From contig NC_087250.1 of assembly GCF_037042905.1 (NCBI RefSeq), positions 21,516,001 to 21,580,000 on the forward strand: a stretch of 64,000 nt of DNA, given 5' to 3'. The position numbers and the translations under genes are program-made. Below, piece by piece: positions 24,703 through 36,748 of the stretch. This DNA is from Lytechinus pictus. Taxonomy: Eukaryota. Under the pieces are notes generated by a model, which searched no databases, was not told the origin of the DNA, and worked only from the letters and a program-made list of their open reading frames with translations. Position 1 is the stretch's first letter. The number at the start of each line of letters is the position of its first letter.

Positions 24703-27275
24703 AATCTTTGTTTAAAAGTTATTTTATTTTAGGAAATTTAGTCCGTTCAGTTTGAAAGTATAGAGGGGGGACCATGGACCACTGACCATGGAAAAAAGTC
24801 CCCCCCCAAAAAAAAAAAAAAAAAAAAATTATAACCAAGGAAAAAAAAGAAAGGTGAACACATTTTTTTTTAATATTATGTCAAATCTATCACAAAATTT
24901 GATATTTGATACTAAAATTTTTGATATTTTTCCTTGCTCGCAATTTTTTATTTTACCCGATACGCCATATATTTAGCCCCCTCAAAATTTTGGGCTTAAT
25001 ACGTACGCCACTGATATTTCCCCAATTTCAAATATATTATTATGATTGGGTGGAATACCCTTTACACTTATCCAGGGTTGATAAGTCTTCATTTTTTCTG
25101 ATAAGGAAATTGTGCTTCCTTTAAAGAAAAAAATACTGCAAGCATGGTGAATAGCTTGACCCCCCCCCCCCCCCTCCAAAGCAAACTGGAGTATAGGTTA
25201 AGGTTGGGAATAATGCGATTGCAAGAGTGACCAGTTAGTGTGGAGGAGCTACCAATGAGTATCTCAGCTCCTTTTAGAGATGTTTGAAGAACTGACGTAC
25301 AGAGTAGCCCCCCCCCCCCCGAAATAATAATAAATTCAAGACCAAGAAAAATAAATGAGGGTGAAATATACTATTTTTTTTATATTATGTGAAAATCTAA
25401 CACAAACTTGGATTTTTCATGTCAATTAAAAAAAAAATTGCTCGCTTATTTTTTTTTCTTTTTTAAAATCAATTTATCGAGATACACCATATAAAAGGAC
25501 AAGAATAAATAAATGAATTGAAAATATTACTTCCAATGGGAAAGGAAAAGAGGCACGCTTGTGGACGCGAGATCAGATCAAAGGTCATGTCGCTTGGCCC
25601 CACGCGACGCTGGCCCCACCATTTACCAATTAACGTACAAAACCTTAACCCGGGACAAAACCCAAACAAAGATTCAATTCCATTTTGAATTTTCTATCAA
25701 AGCTAGCTCCGGGCAAAGTTCCACCGGACTTCGATAAGGTAGGATTATACAACAGTATCAGATTGGTTATGATTTAATTCAAACAAATGTGCACTTGATC
25801 TAGATGTAATTGGCGTGTAACGTTAGTTTAGATTTATTTTTCCGTAGATCTAACTTCCTCAGGCCTAAATTTAAACGCAGTTACGACACGCTATTAGGCC
25901 TAACTTAGATCCACGTCTAACTGCACTGTTACTATGTTACGATGGCGATCGATCTGGACTTCATACATTAGATTTAGACCAAAAAGGCGAAAAAACTATA
26001 AAAAAAAAAATTGGTCTCTGTCATTGTTCCGCTGGACTCTGTTGCCTCCACTCACCAATTGAGAAATAAGAAATTGAAAAAAATGTGTAAAACCCCCTCG
26101 AAACAGCCGGCTGCTGCAGCTGTCTAAAAAAGGGTTAAAACTTCTTCACGTTGCAGTACACCTACCGTACGGGACGGTACCGTACATTGTGTTGAGTTTG
26201 AACTTCTCGATACGGTACGATGCTGCAGGCGCAGTCGAGCTAGCTCGCACGCAGGCAGCGCTAGTCCGAACCTAAGTTGGCCAATATTAAATAAGTAATG
26301 ACAATGTTTGTTATCATTACCTCATTGCTAAGAAATTCAAGTGCATGCTGCTGATACATGATTTTGGGGTTGAGTTCTGCTTCCTAACTCATGTGATGCA
26401 ATGGCGACGTTTCATATGGCCCTAGCAGACTAAACTCTCAAATACGGCACTGAGCATGCTCAGTACTGCTATATTACACTGAGCATGCTCAGTGCAGTGT
26501 TATAATAGTATGCTAGCTTCAGTTCATGATTTAATCCATGGACTAAAGTTAGCACCGGGGTATAACTCAGCCGTGGGTTAAATTTAGCCCCGGGTGCTAA
26601 AGTTAGTCCATGGATTAGTTAGTCCACCGTTTGTGAATAGCGCGGTGGACTAACTTTATACCCCGGTATTAGTTAACCCCCGACTAAATTTAACCCCGGT
26701 ATAAATTTAGTCGACCTTTGTGAATTCGGGCTATAACCCTTTTTTCAGGGAGAAATATAATTTTCTTTTTATCAAACAGAAAATAAAAATTAGGCATCTT
26801 TTTTAGTTGGATGCACATCCCCGTCTACTATTTCCTGCCAAAAAAAAAACATCAAAAGAAAAAATTGATTATAAATCTTTTATTTCCCTGAGTCTTTTAA
26901 TCACTAATGAATATTCACACCTCAAATGTTTTACGATCGACAATTTGGGATATACATGCAAAGGCGGGATCAAACATTACTGTGTGTCCGTTTCAACCCA
27001 CAATCGTGAAAGGTGGGGGGGGGGCGTATTTTCTTTATCTATACATATATTTCTCTCTAACTATACTGGGGAAAATGTGATGCATGCAGGAAACAAATAG
27101 ATAACAAAAATAAGCGGTAATAAACATGATGAATAGAAATAAATAATAATATGTATCCCTGGTTAATCTTGAATGTAACTTATCGCATCTACGCCCTTAA
27201 ATTTGTTTATGGCATTCGTTTTATAAATCATAAAAGTATTATATGCGCAAACTATCGATCGAATGTGAGACCCTT

Positions 27276-28953
27276 AAATTAATAGGAATACAATGATTTT
27301 AGACTTTAAGCAAGGGGGTTAAAGATGTTAAACTTCCCTGTGCAGGTAAAGGCAATGCGAATAATGTGGATTAAACAACTTATAAATAAAGATGAAGATA
27401 TGAAATGGAAACAGTACCCTAATTTTGCCACTAAACATTTGGGTGGAGATTTGATATTTTCATGTGACTATCTACCAGGTTTATTGAAAGTAACAGCTTC
27501 CAAATTTTACATGGACTTATAAGAAGAGTGGGTAAGTATAAGACATATTAGAAGTACAGAGTTTGGGAAAGTTGTGACTTTTAATAATAAGCTTATTCGA
27601 TATAAAGGGAGTTGTATATTTGATCAGATTCTATATGATAAAGAGGTTTATAAATTGCATCATATTTTGGATAATAATGGTAAACTAAAATATGATAGGC
27701 ATTTTCTTAATTTGAATTTGGATGCAAATGATGTTGAAAAAATCAAGCATATTTCTGCCTGTTTACCCGTTTATAGTTGGAAGAACAATATCGAAATAAA
27801 TGCAAAGCATAACTCTGGAGTTGATTTCAATTTGGGTAAGAAAACAACAAATTTAATGTTTTTTAAAAATCAAAAGACATATACGAACAGCTGTTGAATA
27901 CAAATGAAATTAAACCTTCTAATTTTGACAGAATTAGAACGAATAATGATCATACCAATAAGGAAATAGAAATATATTTTTAAGACTAAGATATTGCACA
28001 CTGAATAGTCGATTAAGGGAGTTTCAGTATAAACTCTTGCATAGTATTATATACACTAACCACCACCTTTTCAGTTTTTGGCCTTGTTTCGACAATTTTA
28101 TGCTCATTTTGTGAAAAGGAAGAAGAAACGTATGAACATTTATTTTATACATGTAAATTTTTAAAATCACTTTGGGATCTGTGTGAAAGAAGTCTACATT
28201 TTTAAATAGATAAATTTAGTTGACAGGAAATTCTTTTCGGGAAACAGGAGAGAAGTAAAAGGTAAATATAAATTAATTATATTTTTTTTTATTTTAGTTA
28301 CATATCTTATTTACAAGAACCGAGAATTAAAAGAAAATTCATTGAATGAAATAAAAAATAGTATTAAGGGGATCAAAGAGAAGAAAAGAATTTAGCAACA
28401 AAAAGGGGGACTCTTACAATCCATTTCTCTAAATGGGAAATTTTAACATTAGACCATTAATTAGAACCCAGAGCCAGTTCTTCATTGGATAGGGGATGGG
28501 GTGTTTTAGGGAGGGTCAGGGAGGGGGTAGAGTCCAGGGCTGAGTTTGTTGTTGAGAATGAATTTATCTGAGTGAAGAGGCCGAAGCGATATATTTTTTT
28601 ATATGCTGATGGCTTCAATTCGTTTTGGTTAAATTAATAATTTATTTTTGTGTATTTGGAAAATCTCCTTTTTATGTTGATATTTGACACTGGAAATATT
28701 CAATATCTTGAATTTATTGTAGAAGTTTATTCTTAATGTATATTATAATCATCAATGTTATTTATAATTTATTTGAAGATGTCTGACATTGTGTTTTATT
28801 GTAACACTTAAATAAAAAAATGCTGTTAAATTTATGAGTTGTCAAGGTATTTATCAATTTGTAAGGACATAAAACTTTTATTTGTTGTTGTAATGTATTT
28901 TATTTTGTATATGAATTGAAGTTGTCAATACATTTTTGTACTTAATACAAAAA
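27276..28953 (+). mobile_element. 5'-truncated, decayed L1/Tx1-like LINE (ORF2 C-terminus plus 3' UTR)
   Basis: GG-LKM...VKAMRIMWIKQL; LNSRLREFQYKLLHSIIYTN; zinc knuckle LCSFCEKEEETYEHLFYTC; terminal KW. A-rich end. Candidate TSD ACCCTT. Confidence 0.8.
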
Positions 28954-29459
28954 ACCCTTGAACAACACCATTGATTTTTGGATGATAAAGGTCGGACAGT
29001 TCATCCAATAATCAGAAACGAATCTCGGGCATGAAACCTGGGAGGGGGTAGGTAAGGGGCTTTAGCCCTCTTCCCCACAGAAATAAGTGGTAACATTGCA
29101 ACAAATACTTGTTGATCTAAGTGTATAATTCAACAAGGGCAGATACATAAGTTTCCAGGGGGGGGGGGGGGGGTGTTGCACCCACAAATGTAATAACGCC
29201 CACAAATGTAATAACACTTTACCCACAAATGTAATAACGCCCACAAATGTAATAACACTTTACCCACAAATGTAATAATTTCACCCACAAATGTAATAAT
29301 GCACTTTACCCACAAATGTAATAATTTTTGATCGCCCACAAATGTAATAATGACTTTACCCACAAATGTATGTAATAAATTTGAAGGGATTTTTGGCGAA
29401 TCCGTTCTAAACTAAAATCTTATAGTAATGCCTTCATAAAGCACAAATGTGCAAAGTCT

Positions 29460-31220
29460 TTCTTCCAGACCCACTTGTTACAAAAATTACAATATAAGTC
29501 CAAAGTCTTTTTTTCAGACCCGGTTGTTTCAATAATTAAAATATAAGTCCAAAGTGTTTTTTCAGAACCGGTTGTTAAAAAAATTATAATATATGTCCAA
29601 AGTCTTTTTTTCCAGACCCGGTTGTTTCAAAAATAATAATATAAGTCCAAAGTCTTTTTTTCAGACCCGGTTGTTTAATAAAGTATTATAAGTCCAAAGT
29701 CTTTTTCCAGACCCGGTTGTTTCAAAAATTATAATATATGTCCACAGTCTTTTTTTCCAGACCCGGTTGTTTCAAAAATAATAATATAAGTCCAAAGTCT
29801 TTTTCCAGACCCGGTTGTTTCAAAAATTATAATATATGTCCAAAGTCTTTTTTTCCAGACCCGGTTGTTTCAAAAATAATAATATAAGTCCAAAGTCTTT
29901 TTTCCAGACCCGGTTGTTTCCAAAATTATAATATAAGTCCAAAGTCTTTTTTTCAGACCTGGTTGTTTCAAAAATCTTAATATAAGTCCAAACTAAGATA
30001 CAATAATGATATTCCAGTGGGGAAAAAAATGAGAATCGAGTTTAGTCTTTTCTCCAGACCTAGTTAATTAAAACTGGTGGAATTAATGTCTTTGTTGTTC
30101 TTTCAACTTATATGGCATATATTGTGAATATATGCGCTAAGAGTAAATTGAGAATCAAGCATAGTCTTTTCTCCAGACCCAGTTACTTAAAATTAAAACT
30201 AAACCCTATAGCATTGCGTTTATATAGCACAAAAGTGCAGTCTTTTTTCCAGACCTGGATAATTAAACAATTACAATACAAGTCCAAAGTCTTTTTTCCA
30301 GACCCGGTTGTTTAAAAAATTATAATATAAGTCCAAGTCTTTTTCCAGACCCGGTTGTTTCAAAAATAATAATATAAGTCCAAAGTCTTTTTCCAGACCC
30401 GGTTGTTTAAAAAATTATAATATATGTCCAAAGTCTTTTTTTCCAGACCCGGTTGTTTCAAAAATAATAATATAAGTCCAAAGTCTTTTTTCCAGACCCG
30501 GTTGTTTCAAAAATTATAATATAAGTCCAAAGTCTTTTTTTCAGACCTGGTTGTTTCAAAAATTATAATATAAGTCCAAAGTCTTTTTTTCAGACCTGGT
30601 TGTTTAAAAAATCTTAATATAAGTCGAAACTAAGATACAATAATGATATTCCAGTGGGAAAAAAAATGAGAATCGAGCTTAGTCTTTTATCCAGACCCAG
30701 TTAATTAAAACTGGTGGAATTAATGTCTTTGTTGTTCTTTCAACTTATATGGCATATATTGTGAATATATGCGCTAAGAGTAAAATTGAGAATCAAGCAT
30801 AGTCTTTTCTCCAGACCCGGTTACTTAAAATTAAAACTAAACCCTATAGCACTGCGTTCATATAGCACAAAAGTGCAGTCTTTTTTCCAGAACTGGATAA
30901 TTAAACAATTACAATACAAGTCCAAAGTCTTTTTTCCAGACCCGGTTGTTTAAAAAATGTTAATATAAGTCCAAAGTCTTTTTCCAGACCTGTTTATTTC
31001 AAAAATTTTAATATAAGTCCATACTAAGATACGATAATGATATTCCAGTGGAATAAAAAATGAGAATCGAGCTTAGTCTTTTCTCCAGACCCAGTTAATT
31101 AAAACTAGTGGAATTAATGTCTTTGTTGTTGTTTTAACTTATTCGGCGTATATTGTGAATATATGCGCTTAGGGTAAATTGAGAATCAAGCGTACTCTTT
31201 CCTCCAGACCCGGCTATTCA
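29460..31220 (+). repeat. ~54-bp satellite (TCCAGACCCGGTTGTTTCAAAAATTATAATATAAGTCCAAAGTCTTTT) with higher-order blocks
   Basis: Tandem copies; a longer spacer block recurs near 29990, 30630 and 31025. Confidence 0.92.
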
Positions 31221-32358
31221 AAAAATGAATTAAAAAACTTCAAATCTAAGACCAATTTTCCAAAGTTTCACCCAGTAAAAAAATATGTCTTTACCCCACA
31301 CCCATTTTTTTTTTAATAATACTACGACCAGGGCCGAAAATTTCTCCCAAAAGGTAGGGGGACAAGGGTCTGGAAAATTTGACAAGCAAAAAAAAAAAAA
31401 GGGTTATCACCCGAAAGTAAGGTCATCTCGTCCTAAAATACATGTTTTATTTCGATTTTGAATGATGAATTTCTTACCATCATAGAAGACCAGAAATAGT
31501 AGGGGGAACATTTGATAGTGTGTCCCCCTACTATTTTGAGTAGGGGGGACACGTCCCCCTGGGATTTCCGCCCATGACTATGACCCCTACAAAACATTGT
31601 AATAATGCATGTGTTAAGCAAACATCCTTTCTCCAGACTTGGTTATTATTTAAAAAAAATAAAATAGTTTTTACAAATATTCTAAAACGAATACCCAATA
31701 ATAAAATTACTGTGGAATAACATGAAGGCCGACTGTCGAAGATCGACTTTCCTCCAGACACAATTATTTCAAGAATAAAAAATCAATAAAACCCAACCCC
31801 CAACAACGAATCTGAGAACCAACAATCCTCCAAAATTAAGACCATGCATGTAGAAAAGCACATGTTTAGAGCGTTGTCTTTATTCCAGACCCAGTAATTT
31901 AAAATTGATTTTAACAATCTTAAAAACAGAAGACTTTGTCATATTCTTATTCTTGTGGAATAACACGAGTATTATGCTTAGTCTTTCGTCTAGTCTCGGT
32001 TATTTAAAAGATAAGCAAATATTGAAAAAAAATCGCAGCTAAGACCAATCTTCAAAATTAAACCCACTTAAAATGCTTGGACTTAGAATGTTGTCTTAAA
32101 CCATCACGCAGTTCTCTTAAAAATACAAATTAAGCGAAACATTAATCTTAAAACTTAGACCCCAGCATCTTCCAAACTATAAAACCCTTGTGATAACGCA
32201 TACTTAATTTGACCAGACCAGTTTATTAAAAAAAGAACCAAAAAAAATTATCCCTCTTCCAGCCTCACATCCTGTATTAAATGATCTAATTAAACATTCA
32301 CTTTTTTTTCCAGGCAAAGAAATTTATAATAAAAAAACAACATAAAAACTTAGAGCCC

Positions 32359-32498
32359 GGGGAGCATTTCATGAAAGGAGTTGTCTGACGTTGTATCCGA
32401 CACTTACCATGGTAGCACTGCTTCTTAGCCAATCAACATCAAGGACAGTTGTCAGATCTGACAACTTGTCGGACATAAATGTTGATGAAATACTCCCC
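32359..32498. mobile_element. Small Harbinger-like MITE
   Basis: GGGGAGCATTTCAT ... ATGAAATACTCCCC; ends related to those of the 35056-40127 element. Confidence 0.6.
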
Positions 32499-32699
32499 CA
32501 ATCATCTAATTCATGTTGAACAGGCACAAGAATATGATTGTGTCTTAGTTATGAGGATTTCATTTATCTTATTTTTTGAAAATGACAAGGTCTTGAATAA
32601 AGAAAACTCTCTAAACTTTTATTTATTGAAGGTTCTTAGTTTGAAGGATAGTTGGTCCATAGATTCTGTTATTCTGTTTTAATGATTTTGGTTATTTTG

Positions 32700-34230
32700 A
32701 AATAATTGGGTCTGGAGGAAAGACTACGCTATATTTCCATGTTTTTCAACATAAGGAGGATCGTGGGTCTTTGTTTGCTTTTTTATTATTACTAATTTAT
32801 TATTATTATTCATCATTTCTTATTTGAAAGATCTGGGTTTGGAGGAAAGACTACGCTATATTTCCATGTTATTCAACATAAATAGGATCGTGGGTCTTTT
32901 TTGGCTTTTTTTTATTACTAATTCATTATTATTATTATTATTCATTTGTTATTTGAAAGATCTGGGTCTTGAGGAAAGACTGCGCTATACTTCCATGTTA
33001 TTCAACATAAATAGGATCGTGGGTCTGTGTTTGCTTTTTTATTATTACTAATTTATTATTATTATTATTCATTTGTTATCTGAAAGATCTGGGTCTGGAT
33101 GAAAGACTACACTATATTTCTATGTTATTTAACATTAATAAGAGAGTTGGGGTCTTTGTTACTTTTCCACCAGTTTTAATTAACTGGGTCTGGAGAAAAG
33201 ACTAAGCTTGATTCTCATTTTATTCCACTCGAATATCATTATCGTATCTTAGTTTGGACTTATATAATAATTTTTCAAACAACCGGGTCTGGAAAAAAGT
33301 CTTTGGACGTATATTATAAATTTTTTTTAAACCGGGTCTGGAAGAAAGACTTTGGACTTATATTATATTTTTTTTTAAACCGGGTCTGGAAGAAAGACTT
33401 TGGACTTATATTATAATTTTTGAAACAACCGGGTCTGAAAAAAAGACGTTGGACTTGCGTTATAATTTTTTTATTAACCGGGTCTGGAATAAAGACTTTG
33501 GATGTATATTATAATTTTTGAATTTAAACGGGTCTGGAAAAAAGACTTTGGATGTATATTATAATTCTTGAAACAACCGGGTCTGGAAAAAAGACTTTGG
33601 ACTTCTATTATAATTTTTGAATTAACCGGGTCTGGAAAAAAGACTTGAATTTTTTAATTAACCGGGTCTGGGAAAAAGACTTTGGACTTGCATTATAATT
33701 TTTTAAGCAACGGGGTCCGGAAAAAAAGACTTTGGACTTGCATTATAATTTTTTGATTAACCGGGTCAGGAATGAAGACTTTGGACGTATATTATAATTT
33801 TTGAAACAACCGGGTCTGGAAAAAAGACTTTGGACTTACATTATAATTTTTTAATTAACCGGGTCTGGAAAAAAGACTTTGGACGTATATTATCATTTTT
33901 TAAACAACCGGGTCTGGAAAAAAGACTTTGGACTTACATCATAATTTTTTAATTAACCGGGTCTGGAAAAAAGACTTTGGACGTATATTATAACTTTTGA
34001 AATAACCGGGTCTGGAAAAAAGACTTTGGACTTGCATTATAATTTTTGAAACAACCGGGTCTGGAAAAAAGACTTTGGACTTATATTACAATTTTTGAAA
34101 CAACCGGGTCTGGAAAAAAGACTTTGGACGTATATTATAATTTTGAAACAACCGGGTCTGGAAAAAGACCTTGGACTTGTACTATAATGTTTTATTAACT
34201 GGGTCTGGAAAAAAGACTTTGCACTTTTGT
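32700..34230 (-). repeat. Inverted array of the same ~54-bp satellite
   Basis: Tandem AACCGGGTCTGGAAAAAAGACTTTGGACTTATATTATAATTTTTGAAAC units. Confidence 0.92.
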
Positions 34231-35055
34231 GCTATATGAACGCATTACTATAGGATTTTAGTTTAGAACGGATTCGCCAAAAATCCCTTCAAATTTATTA
34301 CATTTGTGGGTAAAGTCATTATTACATTTGTGGGCGATCAAAAATTATTACATTTGTGGGTAAAGTGCATTATTACATTTGTGGGTGAAATTATTACATT
34401 TGTGGGTAAAGTGTTATTACATTTGTGGGCGTTATTACATTTGTGGGTAAAGTGTTATTACATTTGTGGGCGTTATTACATTTGTGGGCGATTATTACAT
34501 TTGTGGGTGTAACAGGGGGTTGAAAAGAAGGACCGTGACACGCGAAGCGGTGAGCCAATTTCCTTTATTTTTATTATTATTATCATCTATTCCGTGTTTT
34601 TTGGGGTGGGGGTGTTGTTTTGTGTATTATTCCTGACATCTACCAAACGAAATGGAGACCATAAAAGTTAGTTCATGATAAGTTATTTTATAAGTTATTA
34701 TATCTAGAGCTATCGTGCGTTTGATAATTAACTTAATAAGTTACCTAAAAAAATCGACCTCTAAATAGACTGTTATAATTGTATCATAAACAAGTTACAT
34801 AGTGCTGGATAACTTAAATATAATATGACGGCATGTGCTAATAAATTCCAATAAAATGAGTACCAAGAAATCATTTCATTTGAACTTACCTCATTTAACC
34901 AACGCACACAGTAAATATTATAGGAAAATTCAGAACACCACCTGCCACGTCTGTATACGCTGCACGAAAATCGAACAAGTACCATTCCCACTACACTATA
35001 CTATACTATACGCAGCTATACGGCATTCTCGTATAGTGCCCTCTCATGTGACCCG

Positions 35056-36711
35056 GGGGGCGTTTCATCAAACAATTAGTCGGTGGTTTTCTCCGACTAA
35101 ATGTGATTTTCACCGACTAATTTCATTTTCACCGACAATTTTGCCATCACCGACTAAATTCCATTTCATGAAAATTTGTCGGTGATTTTCTCCGACAAAT
35201 TATTGGAAACCACCGACTAATTTTGTCGGTGGCCTTCACCTACCGACAAAACTTATTTTCACCGACTAATCCAATTTTCACCGACTAATCAGCCTTTTGA
35301 GGGCCTTTGCAGCTAAAATCGATCAATTTCAGTTGATTTTGAATATAACATTTTAATAAATTGCTTATTTTTCATTTCATTGAGAAAATTCAAAGAAAAT
35401 GTATTTATTTTTAGTCAATGACAAATAAAAAGTAGACATTTCAAGAATAATATTTTCATCTTTAAAACTATATTATATCAATCAATACATAGGAAACATC
35501 TTCAAATGTACACATTTTTTCAAACATAATTTTCTTTAACCCCAATAAATCATTGTGCATTTTTTAATCAATAATGTCTGATAATGTCTGAAAAATGCGA
35601 CCTCATTGACTTTTGTACAAGTTTTTTCAATGTTCATTAGTGTTGTTGGTGTTGCTGCTGCTGTTGTCATCATGATTGCTGGAATTGTTGTTTGTTTTTG
35701 CTGCTCTTGGTGTTGTGGGTGTGGTTGTTGCATCTCCTGGTGCAATTAGTTATTTTTGCTACTGATGTTGCTCAAGGTGTTGCCTGTGTGGTTGCTGTTG
35801 TCATCGCTGCTACTGCTGCTGTTTACGAGTGTGGCTGTTGCATCTCCTGATGCATCTATTGATGTTGTCGCTTGTGTTGTTGCTTGTATGATTGCTTGTT
35901 AGAATCCTTGCTGTTGGCTTTGTTTCTACTGTCGTTGTTGCTACTGCTGTTGATGTTTACCACTGTGGTTGTTGCATCTCTTAATGAAGTTATTTATGTT
36001 GCGCCCGATGTTCCCTGCATGGTTGTTGGAGCTCCTGCTGCTGTTGATGTTGTCGGTGTGGTTGTTGCATCTCTTACTGCAGTTGTAGTTTCAGCTGCTG
36101 ATGCTGTTGTTGCTCCTGCTGCTGTCCATGTTCATTGAAGTAACTAAAATGGATTTAATTTATAGAGCATGTGATATTTTATTAATAAAGATATCAATTT
36201 CCATCATTATTGATATCAGTCATTTATTCTTAATTTAATTATCATTGTTAAAACTTACATTTTTTTATTTCTAATGTTTGAAATAAGAACTTTAAGTTCT
36301 AAATGGTTAAAATATTGTCACCAAAGCCTTATTAAACAATGAAAACAAAAAAGTTAATAACAAAGAAATGCATAAGAAAATGATTAACATTTCATCTTTT
36401 TTTATACACAATTGATTTTAATGACTTGGGTTTTTCTCATTGGTTTACCAAAGAAAGGGAGTCAAAATCCAAAATTATCACATTTGGTCTTTATTTCTTG
36501 AGCCAAATGCTGATTTCATGCAAGAGTCATGTTATCATATGAAATAAATAAAAAAAAAAACATCAGGAACAGCAGCATGATTTCTGAAGCGAGTGCACAA
36601 TCAACAGGCAAGATCCTGAGGCACCCCCCCCCCTACCAAGATCATTTGAATTAATGAGGTTTCATGACTGCTTTTGTAGGCATTACATTTATACAGGCCT
36701 ACAAGAGATAT

Positions 36712-36748
<37 letters not shown>

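Larger units (their letters stand above)
17312..26733 (+). mobile_element. 9.4-kb PIF/Harbinger DNA transposon (decayed)
   Basis: TIRs TGGCCCGAATTCACAAAGGTCGACTAAA and (reverse complement) TAGCCCGAATTCACAAAGGTCGACTAAA. TAA on both flanks. Subterminal GACTAAAGTTA repeats. Internal transposase relics. Confidence 0.88.
29174..34514. mobile_element. 5.3-kb foldback-type element with TGT...ACA ends and satellite-filled inverted arms (Ginger-like termini)
   Basis: TGTTGCACCCACAAATGTAATAA / TTATTACATTTGTGGGTGTAACA flanked by GGGG on both sides; the arms mirror each other. Confidence 0.85.

Noticed and set aside
29181..31220. CRISPR-like array and ORFs 29062-29363 and 34306-34512
   Set aside because: Spacers are themselves repeats; the ORFs are translations of the TIR repeat.
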